A DNA stretch of 32,000 bases from Candidatus Nanopusillus sp. (GTDB lineage Archaea > Nanobdellota > Nanobdellia > Nanobdellales > Nanobdellaceae). The stretch spans positions 1 through 32,000 of the forward strand of contig JAPYVP010000004.1 in the NCBI GenBank assembly GCA_028276785.1, given 5' to 3'. The notes beneath the pieces are model-generated. The model saw only the letters and a program-made list of their open reading frames with translations, searched no databases and was not told the origin of the DNA. The first letter of the stretch is position 1, and every line of letters begins with the position of its first letter. The translations under genes were made by a program, and so were the position numbers. Shown here piece by piece: positions 1-8,941 of the stretch.

Positions 1-2268
1 TTGATTAAACGCTGTATTATATGCATTTATGTATGATTTTACAAATATTGGTTCTCCTGTTATTGTATTTTTAGATACTGGTGGGTTTGGTAGTATTGCA
101 TATGCACTTTTTCCATCCCAGCTATATCTTTCTGAAGCGAGCGAATAATTAAATATATTTCCATTCATTAAGAAAAATATATTCATATTATCATATGCTT
201 GGAACCAATTATATAACCAAAATACTCCAAATTGATAATAATTTGAATTATTTTGTTGATCTGGTGGCATAAATGGGAAATAGTCTTCTCCTTCATATCC
301 TCGTATATTTCCAGTATTATCCTCTACAAAGAAATATTTTAGTTTCCAACAAATTGGGGGAATATTCAAACAAGTGAATGAATACCATCCAGATCCTGAA
401 TAATAATAGTTCCAATACTGATTATATGAATTTGTAGCTGGATTTTTTGTATATTGTGTAGTTAAAAAATATCCTATAGTATCATTATATTGCAATATTC
501 CAACATAATAACCCGCACTATTTCCCGGTTTTGCACCCCCTGGTACCCAACCATATTCATACATAAACATTGGAAAATTAAGTGGTAAATATGTTCCTCC
601 CCCAACCCTTATTCCTATATCTTCATTTCCAGTAGAAACACACTCTCCTCCTACTGAACATACTTGATTTTTATTATGATTATAATCATTATAATTATTT
701 ACAGTATTTATTTTTAAATTACTATTATCTGCAATATATGATAATACTACTGCATGTGAAACAAAATTATTCTCATGAGGATCTAACCAAGGTATTCCAG
801 AAAAGTATGCAAATGTTTGTAATCCCAATCCATTACGTGATTTAGATAATTGATAAAATGTATTTTTTAAAATATCAGATGTAATTAATGCATAAGATCC
901 TTGATCTGTTCCATTAACCATTAATAATCCTTTAAAAGGTCTATCAATTACAATATCTATCATAGCAGTTCCATTTAAATAAACATTTACATTATTATAT
1001 GGGAGTAATATGTTATTTTGTTGAAATAATATATTATTATTTTGATAACATCTTTTATATCTACTGATATCGCAATTATCCGAAGGTATCATCTCTACCC
1101 AATATGCATTATTATCTGGATATGGATAGAAATTTACATATATTGGAAATACATTTAATCCATTATCATACATAACTGCTGAAGATGGGTTATTTGGATT
1201 TAAAGCTTCTGGAGCACCACCAATTGTTCCATTTAAATGCGGTAATAAATTCTCATCACTAAATCCAACAAATAGTGATATAATATTACAACCAAAATTA
1301 TTATTATATAATGAAGGGACATTTAATAGATTAATGAAGAAATAATAATTCCCATTATATTCTCCAGCATACCATGAAGGTAATGCATAATATTTACCTT
1401 TATAATTAAGTATAAATACTACATTATCCCCAACATATGGAGATCTTTTAATATAATTATTTAGCGGAGGACCAATTATAACTAATATATTTTGGAAATC
1501 ATCCATAACATATCCACCATTATTTGATAAAGGTATAGCTAAATATGTTCCATTAATAATTTTTACATTATTTATTGTATAATCATAATATTTAGAATTT
1601 GGATAAGAATTTCCTAATAAAGATATTGCTGGAGTTATATTTATATATAAAGGTTCATTTAAATAGAAATTTTGTATATTTTGGCCATTATTTGATTTAC
1701 ATAATATACAAAAATATACAAAATCACCTGCCCGATATCTTACACGATCATTTCCTACAATACTACATTCATATGTATTTCCATTATATGTATATTTAAC
1801 ACTATTTCCTTCAAAAGTATTATTTGATATATTAATTACGGATTCTATATCAACATTATTTAATGATTCTATACTATAAGATCTTGAACTAATATTTGTT
1901 ATATTTGGAGGATTTATTTTTAATACATTAACACTATTATTAACTCCACTATAAGTATTTGTAATATTATAATATATATTCCAATTGTCTTGATCTACAA
2001 TAAATGAAGGAACATATTGTATAATAAATCCATTTTGATAATATATACTTACCATAATTGTAGAATTTATAGTATTCAAATTATTATTATCTTGATTATT
2101 TTGGGTATTTTGATCTTGTATAGAAATATAATATTGAGATGGATTATAAATATGGTAATATTTAAATATTGAAGTTAAAATAAATATAACTCCTGCAAGA
2201 ATTATAATAAATATTGGAAGATAATATCCTATAAATAGCATAAGACTATCAAAAATTTTTCCTCTCAT
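1..2268 (-). CDS. Large N-terminally anchored or secreted Asn/Tyr-rich surface protein. Only the 5' part is present (756 codons in the window); the C-terminus lies beyond position 1.
   Basis: Absent from the ORF track because it runs off the left edge. I checked every in-frame triplet on the minus strand from 2268 to 1 and found no stop. The ATG at 2268-2266 overlaps the TGA of the upstream 62-aa ORF (ATGA). The protein starts MRGKIFDSLMLFIGYYLPIFIIILAGVIFILTSIFKYYHIYNPSQYY. It has one N-terminal hydrophobic helix followed by N/Y/G-rich polar sequence with many N-x-S/T sequons. There are 10 Cys, mostly in close pairs (FCILC, CDISRYKRC, CSVGGEC, CLNIPPIC). No family recognised. Confidence 0.75.
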   Translation of the reverse strand, partial: MRGKIFDSLMLFIGYYLPIFIIILAGVIFILTSIFKYYHIYNPSQYYISIQDQNTQNNQDNNNLNTINSTIMVSIYYQNGFIIQYVPSFIVDQDNWNIYYNITNTYSGVNNSVNVLKINPPNITNISSRSYSIESLNNVDIESVINISNNTFEGNSVKYTYNGNTYECSIVGNDRVRYRAGDFVYFCILCKSNNGQNIQNFYLNEPLYINITPAISLLGNSYPNSKYYDYTINNVKIINGTYLAIPLSNNGGYVMDDFQNILVIIGPPLNNYIKRSPYVGDNVVFILNYKGKYYALPSWYAGEYNGNYYFFINLLNVPSLYNNNFGCNIISLFVGFSDENLLPHLNGTIGGAPEALNPNNPSSAVMYDNGLNVFPIYVNFYPYPDNNAYWVEMIPSDNCDISRYKRCYQNNNILFQQNNILLPYNNVNVYLNGTAMIDIVIDRPFKGLLMVNGTDQGSYALITSDILKNTFYQLSKSRNGLGLQTFAYFSGIPWLDPHENNFVSHAVVLSYIADNSNLKINTVNNYNDYNHNKNQVCSVGGECVSTGNEDIGIRVGGGTYLPLNFPMFMYEYGWVPGGAKPGNSAGYYVGILQYNDTIGYFLTTQYTKNPATNSYNQYWNYYYSGSGWYSFTCLNIPPICWKLKYFFVEDNTGNIRGYEGEDYFPFMPPDQQNNSNYYQFGVFWLYNWFQAYDNMNIFFLMNGNIFNYSLASERYSWDGKSAYAILPNPPVSKNTITGEPIFVKSYINAYNTAFNQ

Positions 2269-2453
2269 CTTATTATATCAGGAATTGATTGATTTGTAAT
2301 ATTATTAAAACTATTATTGATGAAATTGAATGATTGATTTGATGCTGTATTTCCACCCAAAAATATTTTATAACCAAACATAACTGCTAAAACCAATATA
2401 ACCAGTGCAATAACTAAAATAATTACCATATCTATTGATATACTATTTTTCAT
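2265..2453 (-). CDS. Mini membrane or pilin-like protein (62 aa): N-terminal hydrophobic helix plus an Asn-rich, sequon-rich tail
   Basis: Track ORF MKNSISIDMVIILVIALVILVLAVMFGYKIF... with tail NQSFNFINNSFNNITNQS. Its stop overlaps the start of the large surface-protein ORF (ATGA). It has the same architecture as the ORFs at 8942 and 9218. Confidence 0.55.
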   Translation of the reverse strand: MKNSISIDMVIILVIALVILVLAVMFGYKIFLGGNTASNQSFNFINNSFNNITNQSIPDIIR

Positions 2454-2485
2454 ATATATCTAAAAAATCTCATTAATTATAAATT

Positions 2486-2926
2486 TTATTCAAAAACTTT
2501 CTTTTTATAATAATACAAAATTGTTCCAAGATTAATAATTAATATTCCATCTGCTATAAGACAATATATACATATTGAATTAATTAAAAAGAACATAGTA
2601 TATAATGAAAATATTACAAATATTATACCAATTGACCTATAAAATATATTATAAATTATTTTCAACATTTTCTTATACAACAAAAATATCAAAAATAAAT
2701 CTATTATAAAATATACAATTGCGTAAATTCCCAAAGGTATTCCAAATAACTTTGAATATGGACTATTCAATACTTTTTCACAATCAATTAATGTATTATT
2801 AACGGAACAGAAATATGGTAATGAACTACTTATCAAAACAGTATATTCCAGATATATAAATACAATTATACCTATTATTGAGAATATTGTCAATAAAAAT
2901 AATCTTTTATCAAATTTTAAGTTCAT
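2486..2926 (-). CDS. VKOR-family (vitamin K epoxide reductase-like) membrane thiol oxidoreductase
   Basis: Four predicted TM helices. The loop Cys pair and motif FCSVNNTLIDCEKVLNSPYSKLFGIPLGIYA match the VKOR pattern C..C..V..S.Y...fGiP. A CXXC (CIYC) sits at the start of the last TM helix. Confidence 0.82.
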   Translation of the reverse strand: MNLKFDKRLFLLTIFSIIGIIVFIYLEYTVLISSSLPYFCSVNNTLIDCEKVLNSPYSKLFGIPLGIYAIVYFIIDLFLIFLLYKKMLKIIYNIFYRSIGIIFVIFSLYTMFFLINSICIYCLIADGILIINLGTILYYYKKKVFE

Positions 2927-2978
2927 AAAAGTAAATAAATATTATAGATTTATAAATTTTTAAATAAATAAGCAAAAA

Positions 2979-3536
2979 ATGGGAAAATATTACCATTTAT
3001 CATTTGAAAAAGAAGAAATTAACAAAAAAATAAAATTAGAAGATGAAGATCCATTATTTATTATTAGTTATAACCCATCAGCATATTCTTTTAGATATAC
3101 ATTTCCATTATATTTGCTTTTTTGTATATATGGTATTGTATTTTCTATTTCAACATACTATAACCCAAACATAATGTCTTTTATTTTATTATTTTTTATT
3201 ACTTCAATTTTATTCTATATTGCAATTAAATATTATGAAATAGCAAAGAATCGTTATATAATATTTACAAATAATAGATTAATATTACTTGAAAATGAAA
3301 ATATAAGGTCAATAGATAATTCATATATAAATAATATAGAAATATATCAAAGTTTATATGAGAGATCTAAAAAATTATATACAATAAAAATATATACCAG
3401 TACACTCTTATTAAATAAAAATATAAGCTTAATAATTGAATTACCATTACTTAAGAAGGAAGATATGGAAAAAATAAGAGAAATTATTCTAAATAATATA
3501 CCTAAGAAGCCTGAGCAGGCAAAACCTGTTCCTTAA
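2979..3536 (+). CDS. Membrane protein with two TM helices followed by a possible bPH/YdbT-like (DUF304-type) region
   Basis: Track ORF with hydrophobic segments FPLYLLFCIYGIVFSI and SFILLFFITSILFYIAI, then YIIFTNNRLILLEN, which resembles the bacterial PH-like membrane family. A TATA-like tttataaatttttaaata lies about 30 nt upstream. The 3' end overlaps rpl21e convergently by 35 nt. Confidence 0.45.
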   Translation: MGKYYHLSFEKEEINKKIKLEDEDPLFIISYNPSAYSFRYTFPLYLLFCIYGIVFSISTYYNPNIMSFILLFFITSILFYIAIKYYEIAKNRYIIFTNNRLILLENENIRSIDNSYINNIEIYQSLYERSKKLYTIKIYTSTLLLNKNISLIIELPLLKKEDMEKIREIILNNIPKKPEQAKPVP

Positions 3537-3825
3537 ATTTTTCTAAATGTGCTGGATGAACAATTATGATTTTTTCTTTTCCTTTATCATTTACTAAAAC
3601 CTCATAACAACTTCCCCTCTTTCCCAAAATTATTCCAATCATTCCATGATATTTTGGATGTGGCATTGTTCTATTATATGAAGGATCTATCTTTATTACA
3701 ACCTTATCGTTTATATTAAATTCTTGTAATATTTTCCTTATCTTTATTTTACCATGTTCTCTTATATGTAATGATAATTTATCCCTTGATTTTCTTCTCA
3801 ACCCCTTTCCCTTTCTTGCAGTCAT
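3502..3825 (-). CDS. rpl21e: 50S ribosomal protein L21e
   Basis: The N-terminus MTARKGKGLRRKSRDKLS and HPKYHGMIGIILGKRGSCYEVLV are typical of the L21e family. It sits in the conserved archaeal neighbourhood L21e-RpoF-DUF655. Confidence 0.9.
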   Translation of the reverse strand: MTARKGKGLRRKSRDKLSLHIREHGKIKIRKILQEFNINDKVVIKIDPSYNRTMPHPKYHGMIGIILGKRGSCYEVLVNDKGKEKIIIVHPAHLEKFKEQVLPAQAS

Positions 3826-3877
3826 TAAATTAAAAGTTCATGATATATTTTTAAATAATATTTAAAAAGATATATAA

Positions 3878-4195
3878 ATGGAAGTACTGAACAAAAAGAT
3901 TATAACACCAGCAAATGTTAAAAGTATATTATTAAAAAATAAAGAAAAGAGAAATTTATTATATATAGAAGAAAGAACATTGAAATTCCTTAACGATACA
4001 TATAAATTAGATGAAAATGAAGAAAAAGAAATATTGGAAGCTTTAAAAGATATAAATTTACCTGATGAGGTAAAAATACAAATATTAGAAATGTTGCCAA
4101 AAAATGAGGAAGAATTAAGAGTAGTATTATATACACATACTTTAAGCAAACAAGATATGGAAAAAATATTAAATGTAATAAAGAAATATGGATAG
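3878..4195 (+). CDS. rpoF: DNA-directed RNA polymerase subunit F (Rpo4)
   Basis: A 105-aa helical, K/E-rich protein in the conserved position between rpl21e and the DUF655 gene. It overlaps the next gene by 8 nt. Confidence 0.72.
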   Translation: MEVLNKKIITPANVKSILLKNKEKRNLLYIEERTLKFLNDTYKLDENEEKEILEALKDINLPDEVKIQILEMLPKNEEELRVVLYTHTLSKQDMEKILNVIKKYG

Positions 4196-4727
4196 AAAGG
4201 AAGAGTATGCGGTTGTAATATATTATTTACCCGGGGGTGACCCCACAAAAAATATAAAAGAGCCAGTAGTATATGCAGTTGGGAGGGATTATTTCACATT
4301 ATTATTATTAACATTAAAGCCAGGTGTTACAGTAAATTTATTTGAAGAACTATATGTTGGAAATAAACAAAGGGATAAAGTAAGATCAGTATTAAGAAGG
4401 TTATCATTTGATGAATTACCAGAAATTGCAAAAACAAATTTAGAAAAAGCAATAAAAGATTTAATAATAAAAAATGAGAAAAAATTTGTAGAATTCTTTA
4501 ATAAAGCTGGTCCATTAAATATTAGAATTCATTCATTAGAATTATTACCAGATATTGGGAAAGTAACTGTACAAAAAATTATAGAAGAAAGGCAGAAAAA
4601 ACCATTTGAATCGTTTAAAGATATTGAAGAAAGAGTAAAAGGAATTAAAAATGTACAAAATATAATTTATGAAAGAATAATAAGAGAGTTATCTGGAAAA
4701 GAAAAGACAAAATTATTCACTATCTAG
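4188..4727 (+). CDS. DUF655-family protein (OB-like N-terminus plus helix-hairpin-helix; putative nucleic-acid binding)
   Basis: EEYAVVIYYLPGGDP at the N-terminus, and FVEFFNKAGPLNIRIHSLELLPDIGKVTVQKIIEERQKKPFESFKDIEERV, which matches the DUF655 signature as I recall it. Confidence 0.78.
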   Translation: MDRKEEYAVVIYYLPGGDPTKNIKEPVVYAVGRDYFTLLLLTLKPGVTVNLFEELYVGNKQRDKVRSVLRRLSFDELPEIAKTNLEKAIKDLIIKNEKKFVEFFNKAGPLNIRIHSLELLPDIGKVTVQKIIEERQKKPFESFKDIEERVKGIKNVQNIIYERIIRELSGKEKTKLFTI

Positions 4728-4988
4728 CTTTATATTATTTAACTTTGCTTTTATCTTTAAATATTTTTCATAATTTGTTAGTTCAATATTGCTATTTTCT
4801 TTTATATTAACTAATAATAATTGCTTCATGAATTTTTTCCATTTTCTTTTATTCATTGTAACATTTCTTAAATGAGATTTCATAAAATGTCTACTATATT
4901 TTTTACTATTTACAAATATATGACCACATAATGGGCATTTAAATATTTCTCTTCCATTTCTGTCAATTTCCCTTATAGCATGTAGCAT
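4713..4988 (-). CDS. Small C2H2 zinc-finger protein
   Basis: CPLCGHIFVNSKKYSRHFMKSH equals C-x2-C-x12-H-x4-H, the exact classical C2H2 spacing, followed by a basic K-rich tail. It overlaps the DUF655 gene convergently by 15 nt. Confidence 0.6.
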   Translation of the reverse strand: MLHAIREIDRNGREIFKCPLCGHIFVNSKKYSRHFMKSHLRNVTMNKRKWKKFMKQLLLVNIKENSNIELTNYEKYLKIKAKLNNIKLDSE

Positions 4989-5018
4989 TTTTTATATATT
5001 TATGATAACCTTTAAAAA

Positions 5019-5693
5019 TTATTTATTTTGGACTAAAAACATTGAATGATCAATATGATGTGGTTCTAATCTTACTTCTTTTATTATCTTTAATCCATAA
5101 TCTTCTAATTCCTTTCTTACTGCCCTAAATATTTCTTTTGGATCCTTAGATACATCAATTGATCTAGCTTTTACCGCTAAAAACCCATATCCTTTATTCT
5201 TTAAATAATATTCTATATTTTTAATAAATATTTTTACCTGATGTGGTTGAGCAACGTCTTGATATATTAAATCAACCTTTGTAACAATATGTAAATATTC
5301 CCATGGCTTATCTGCATCTGCTAATATTCCAATGATATTTTTTCTATCATATAGTACCGGAACTAAATCCCTCAATATCCTTGAAGAAACATCTATACCA
5401 AATATTAATCCATTTTTATCAACTATATCAGAAATATGAGATGCTGTTGTACCAGAAGCAATACCTAAATATAATATTCTATCACCTTTATCAATTGGTA
5501 CTTCTCCAATATTTTTCTTAATTGCTGCTGCTAATTTAGATCTATTTACAATCCATTCCCTATATTCTTCATTATTATATTTAATCAACTTCTCTTCATA
5601 TACACTCTTCCCAGGTACTAAATTTTTTGTATATAATCTCCCTTTCTCATCAATAAATATATTTTTATTTTCTTTTAGTGGTTTTAATTTCAT
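5019..5693 (-). CDS. flpA: Fibrillarin (rRNA/tRNA 2'-O-methyltransferase of the C/D box sRNP)
   Basis: ILYLGIASGTTASHISDIV is the SAM-binding motif. Length is typical, and there is a 4-nt start/stop overlap with nop5 upstream. Confidence 0.95.
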   Translation of the reverse strand: MKLKPLKENKNIFIDEKGRLYTKNLVPGKSVYEEKLIKYNNEEYREWIVNRSKLAAAIKKNIGEVPIDKGDRILYLGIASGTTASHISDIVDKNGLIFGIDVSSRILRDLVPVLYDRKNIIGILADADKPWEYLHIVTKVDLIYQDVAQPHQVKIFIKNIEYYLKNKGYGFLAVKARSIDVSKDPKEIFRAVRKELEDYGLKIIKEVRLEPHHIDHSMFLVQNK

Positions 5694-6673
5694 TTTTCAG
5701 ATAATTCTCTAAATCTTTTATCCAATTCTTCCTTCAATTTATGATATATTATTTTTCCACTCAGATCTGCTTTTACTGCAATAGATATTTTTGATGCCAA
5801 CGTTCTAGCCATTGCTCCTCTTCTTTTTGGTGGTAATCTTTGTAAATATGGATGATTAAATATTACACCATGCTTTGGGGGTTTTATACCCTTAGATAAA
5901 TGTAAAAATAATGCTTTTTCCGCACCCAAAACCTGTATTGTTGATGAAGGTAATAATGATAATTCTTTTAATCCACCGGCTAATAATATTAATCTTGCAC
6001 CAATTTTTGGAGTAGCAATTTCTGATAAATTTGGAGCAATTTCCTTCATTAATTTTTCGATATAATTTTCTAAATCTTTTCTTAAATCATACAATTCCTT
6101 TATTTTTAATGATATTTCATTCATTATTTCTAAATCTTCTTTTTTAAATATTTTTCCACCCATTGTTTTGTTAATATTATATTTTTTCATCAATTCTTCC
6201 CTATCAGAATTTACAATTGCTCTTATAAATTTTTCATGATCTTCAATTTCTTGTGAAATTTCTGGAAGATATAATCCATACCATTCTCTAAATCTCTCCA
6301 TGAATAAATTTAGTGATTTGTTCAAATCATCAAGAAAACTTATTGCTTGAATTATTATTTCATCTCTACTTATAGAATCTGATATTTGTTCTTTTAATAA
6401 GTCAATAAATAATTTATTATCAATTTTTTCTTCCCCAATTTTTTCCATTACTTTTCTTATTATACTTATATCTTCTGTATATTTATATCCATCAAATCTT
6501 TGTCCAATAAAAATATCATTTTCCTTTATATATTTCTTTACCTTTTCAGGTAATTTATTTTTATATATTTCCTTTAAATCGTCTAAATTTAACTCAACAT
6601 TAATTTTCTGAAAATTTTCTAAATTATCATCGAATATATATAATCCATTATACCTCAACAAAATATAACTCAT
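5690..6673 (-). CDS. nop5: Nop5 (Nop56/58) C/D box sRNP scaffold protein
   Basis: The conserved C-terminal Nop domain reads GAEKALFLHLSKGIKPPKHGVIFNHPYLQRLPPKRRGAMARTLASKISIAVKAD. It is adjacent to fibrillarin. Confidence 0.92.
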   Translation of the reverse strand: MSYILLRYNGLYIFDDNLENFQKINVELNLDDLKEIYKNKLPEKVKKYIKENDIFIGQRFDGYKYTEDISIIRKVMEKIGEEKIDNKLFIDLLKEQISDSISRDEIIIQAISFLDDLNKSLNLFMERFREWYGLYLPEISQEIEDHEKFIRAIVNSDREELMKKYNINKTMGGKIFKKEDLEIMNEISLKIKELYDLRKDLENYIEKLMKEIAPNLSEIATPKIGARLILLAGGLKELSLLPSSTIQVLGAEKALFLHLSKGIKPPKHGVIFNHPYLQRLPPKRRGAMARTLASKISIAVKADLSGKIIYHKLKEELDKRFRELSEK

Positions 6674-6984
6674 TTTAATATCTTTAACGATATTCTAAAT
6701 CCTTTTGATGGAATTTGCATATTTATAAAATAATTTTTGAAAAATCTTTCATCATTCGCAACATCCAAAAATCTTCTATATATTCTTATTTGATATGTTT
6801 CATATATTTTTGTTCCTCTCTTTCCCAATGTTCTCATAGTTGGTATTCTAATTATTTTTGTTGGTAAATTAACAGGACCCCTCTTTTCAATACCCAATTG
6901 TTCAATTATTTTTAACAATTGATTAGTAAACTGATTCATTGTCTTTAAATCTGTTCCCCACATTTTAATCCTTATCATTGACAT
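6670..6984 (-). CDS. rps10: 30S ribosomal protein S10 (uS10)
   Basis: IRIKMWGTDLKTMNQFTNQLLKIIEQLGIEKRGPVNLPTK ... YQIRIYRRFLDV matches the S10 pattern. There is a 4-nt overlap with nop5. Confidence 0.85.
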   Translation of the reverse strand: MSMIRIKMWGTDLKTMNQFTNQLLKIIEQLGIEKRGPVNLPTKIIRIPTMRTLGKRGTKIYETYQIRIYRRFLDVANDERFFKNYFINMQIPSKGFRISLKILK

Positions 6985-7008
6985 AAATTGATAATATATA
7001 TTATATTT

Positions 7009-8889
7009 TTAAATACTTTCTACAGGTTCAATTTTTAATATATAAAATATTCTATCTAATACTTCTTTCGTTAAATATACTAGGAATAACCTATGTGGAT
7101 ATTTATCTTTATAATTTAATATTGGGACATTCTGATAAAATTCATTAAATGATCTAACCAAATCTATTAAATATCTATACAAATGGTTTAATTCTAATGA
7201 CTTTTCAATATCATAAATTATATCTTTAAATTTAAATAAATTAATAATTAATTTCTCTTCATACTTATTTAATTCATTTATTTCAAATTCTTCAGGTATT
7301 CTATCAACTTTATTTAATAATGATCTTATCCTTGCATATGTATATAAAAAGTATATTACATTTCCCTCTTCCAAATTTAACATTTTATCAATATCAAACA
7401 ATATTGTGGTATTTCTATCATATTTTAACATTTCCAATGATATAAAACTTTTTACTATCCTTTCAGAAGTTTCTTTATCTTTAAATTTATCATATGCAAT
7501 ATTATATAATTTCTCATATAAATCATCAACATTTATATATAACCCCTTTCTTCCAGACATTTTTATATCTTCATTTATTCCAAATATTTTTGCAGTATTT
7601 CTATGTAATCTAACCAACCCATATCCATAATATATATATTTAGATTCTTTATCAATCTCTTCAATTACCCTTTTCACCATTAATTGATTATGCATTTGTT
7701 CCATTCCAATTACATTTATTGAAATTTTACATGGTTCAATTTCCTTTCCTCCATTATTTACTTCATATATATATTCACCATTTGGTTGTCTTATATATTC
7801 TTTAAATTTAATATTTGATCTTATTATACCATGTTTCCACATTGCATATGCAATATCTTTTGCAATATATGTTGTAGTTCCATTTGATCTTACAAGAACC
7901 TTTTCTTTATTTGAATATGCCCTATATATATCTTCCCATCTTGTTAAATCTAGAGAAATTGTATCATTCTTTTTTATCATTTTATTTTCTTCCAATATTT
8001 TTAATGCACTATCAAATAATTTATATTTTAATATATCAGATTCTCTAATAATTATATTAAAATATATATTAAATTTCCACAATGTATTTAATTGTTCGTA
8101 TAAAATTCTTTCAGATATTTTTTTAGATAAATAATATACATCATTATTACCTTCTTCAATCATCTTCATAATATTATATTTGTATTTTTCCAATTCTGGA
8201 ATTATCTCATATAATTTATTAACTATTACATATATAAAATCACCATAATAATGATCAAATTTTTCAGGAACTTCATATCCATATAAACTTTTCAATAATC
8301 TCATTCTTTCCAAAAATATTTTCCTAATTTTTTCTTCATATTCTTCTTTATATATATTTTCTTTTATTAAAAACTCTTTAATATTATTTATTACTTTTTC
8401 TAAGTTGAAATCTTTCGGTTCTTCAGGTATCTTTAAATAATATATTCCTAAAATATTATCACTAACCTGAACTCCTGTATCATCTATATAATTTATTACA
8501 TATATGTCATAGTTTAATGTTTTAAACAACCTATACAGAGAATCTCCAATTATTGAATTTCTTAAATGACCTATATGCAATGCTTTATTGGGATTTGCTG
8601 ATGTATGTTCTAAAAATATTCTAATATTCTTTTTTTCAAAATCAAACAATTTTCTATAATTTTCTAATAATTTTCCCTTATTTAATTTAATATTTAAATA
8701 TCCATTTATAAATTTGTAATCTAAAACAAATTCTCTTATCTTTTCAATTATTTCGTTTATTAATATATTTATGTCTCTTCCTTTTTTCATTTCTTTGAAC
8801 AATTTAATTGCTATATCATAATCTAAATTCTTTGGAGGTTCAGAAAATTCTATATCATAATCTTTTAATTTTTCTTTTATTATCCACAT
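7009..8889 (-). CDS. argS: Arginyl-tRNA synthetase
   Basis: The class I HIGH region reads HTSANPNKALHIGHLRNSIIGD. MSGRKG stands in place of KMSKS, and a C-terminal DALR-like anticodon-binding region is present. The 626-aa length fits. Confidence 0.9.
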   Translation of the reverse strand: MWIIKEKLKDYDIEFSEPPKNLDYDIAIKLFKEMKKGRDINILINEIIEKIREFVLDYKFINGYLNIKLNKGKLLENYRKLFDFEKKNIRIFLEHTSANPNKALHIGHLRNSIIGDSLYRLFKTLNYDIYVINYIDDTGVQVSDNILGIYYLKIPEEPKDFNLEKVINNIKEFLIKENIYKEEYEEKIRKIFLERMRLLKSLYGYEVPEKFDHYYGDFIYVIVNKLYEIIPELEKYKYNIMKMIEEGNNDVYYLSKKISERILYEQLNTLWKFNIYFNIIIRESDILKYKLFDSALKILEENKMIKKNDTISLDLTRWEDIYRAYSNKEKVLVRSNGTTTYIAKDIAYAMWKHGIIRSNIKFKEYIRQPNGEYIYEVNNGGKEIEPCKISINVIGMEQMHNQLMVKRVIEEIDKESKYIYYGYGLVRLHRNTAKIFGINEDIKMSGRKGLYINVDDLYEKLYNIAYDKFKDKETSERIVKSFISLEMLKYDRNTTILFDIDKMLNLEEGNVIYFLYTYARIRSLLNKVDRIPEEFEINELNKYEEKLIINLFKFKDIIYDIEKSLELNHLYRYLIDLVRSFNEFYQNVPILNYKDKYPHRLFLVYLTKEVLDRIFYILKIEPVESI

Positions 8890-8941
8890 AAAATTGATTT
8901 TTTATAAAAAGTTTAAAAATATGGCAATTGTATAAAAATTT

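Noticed and set aside
1599-1799. A 66-aa plus-strand ORF, the only track entry in the first 2.2 kb
   Set aside because: It lies inside and antisense to the uninterrupted 756-codon minus-strand frame, which I verified triplet by triplet.
3862-4248. A 128-aa minus-strand ORF overlapping rpoF
   Set aside because: It is fully antisense to a recognisable RpoF gene in its conserved context. The sequence is low-complexity and F/S/I/N-rich, as expected from antisense AT-rich coding DNA.
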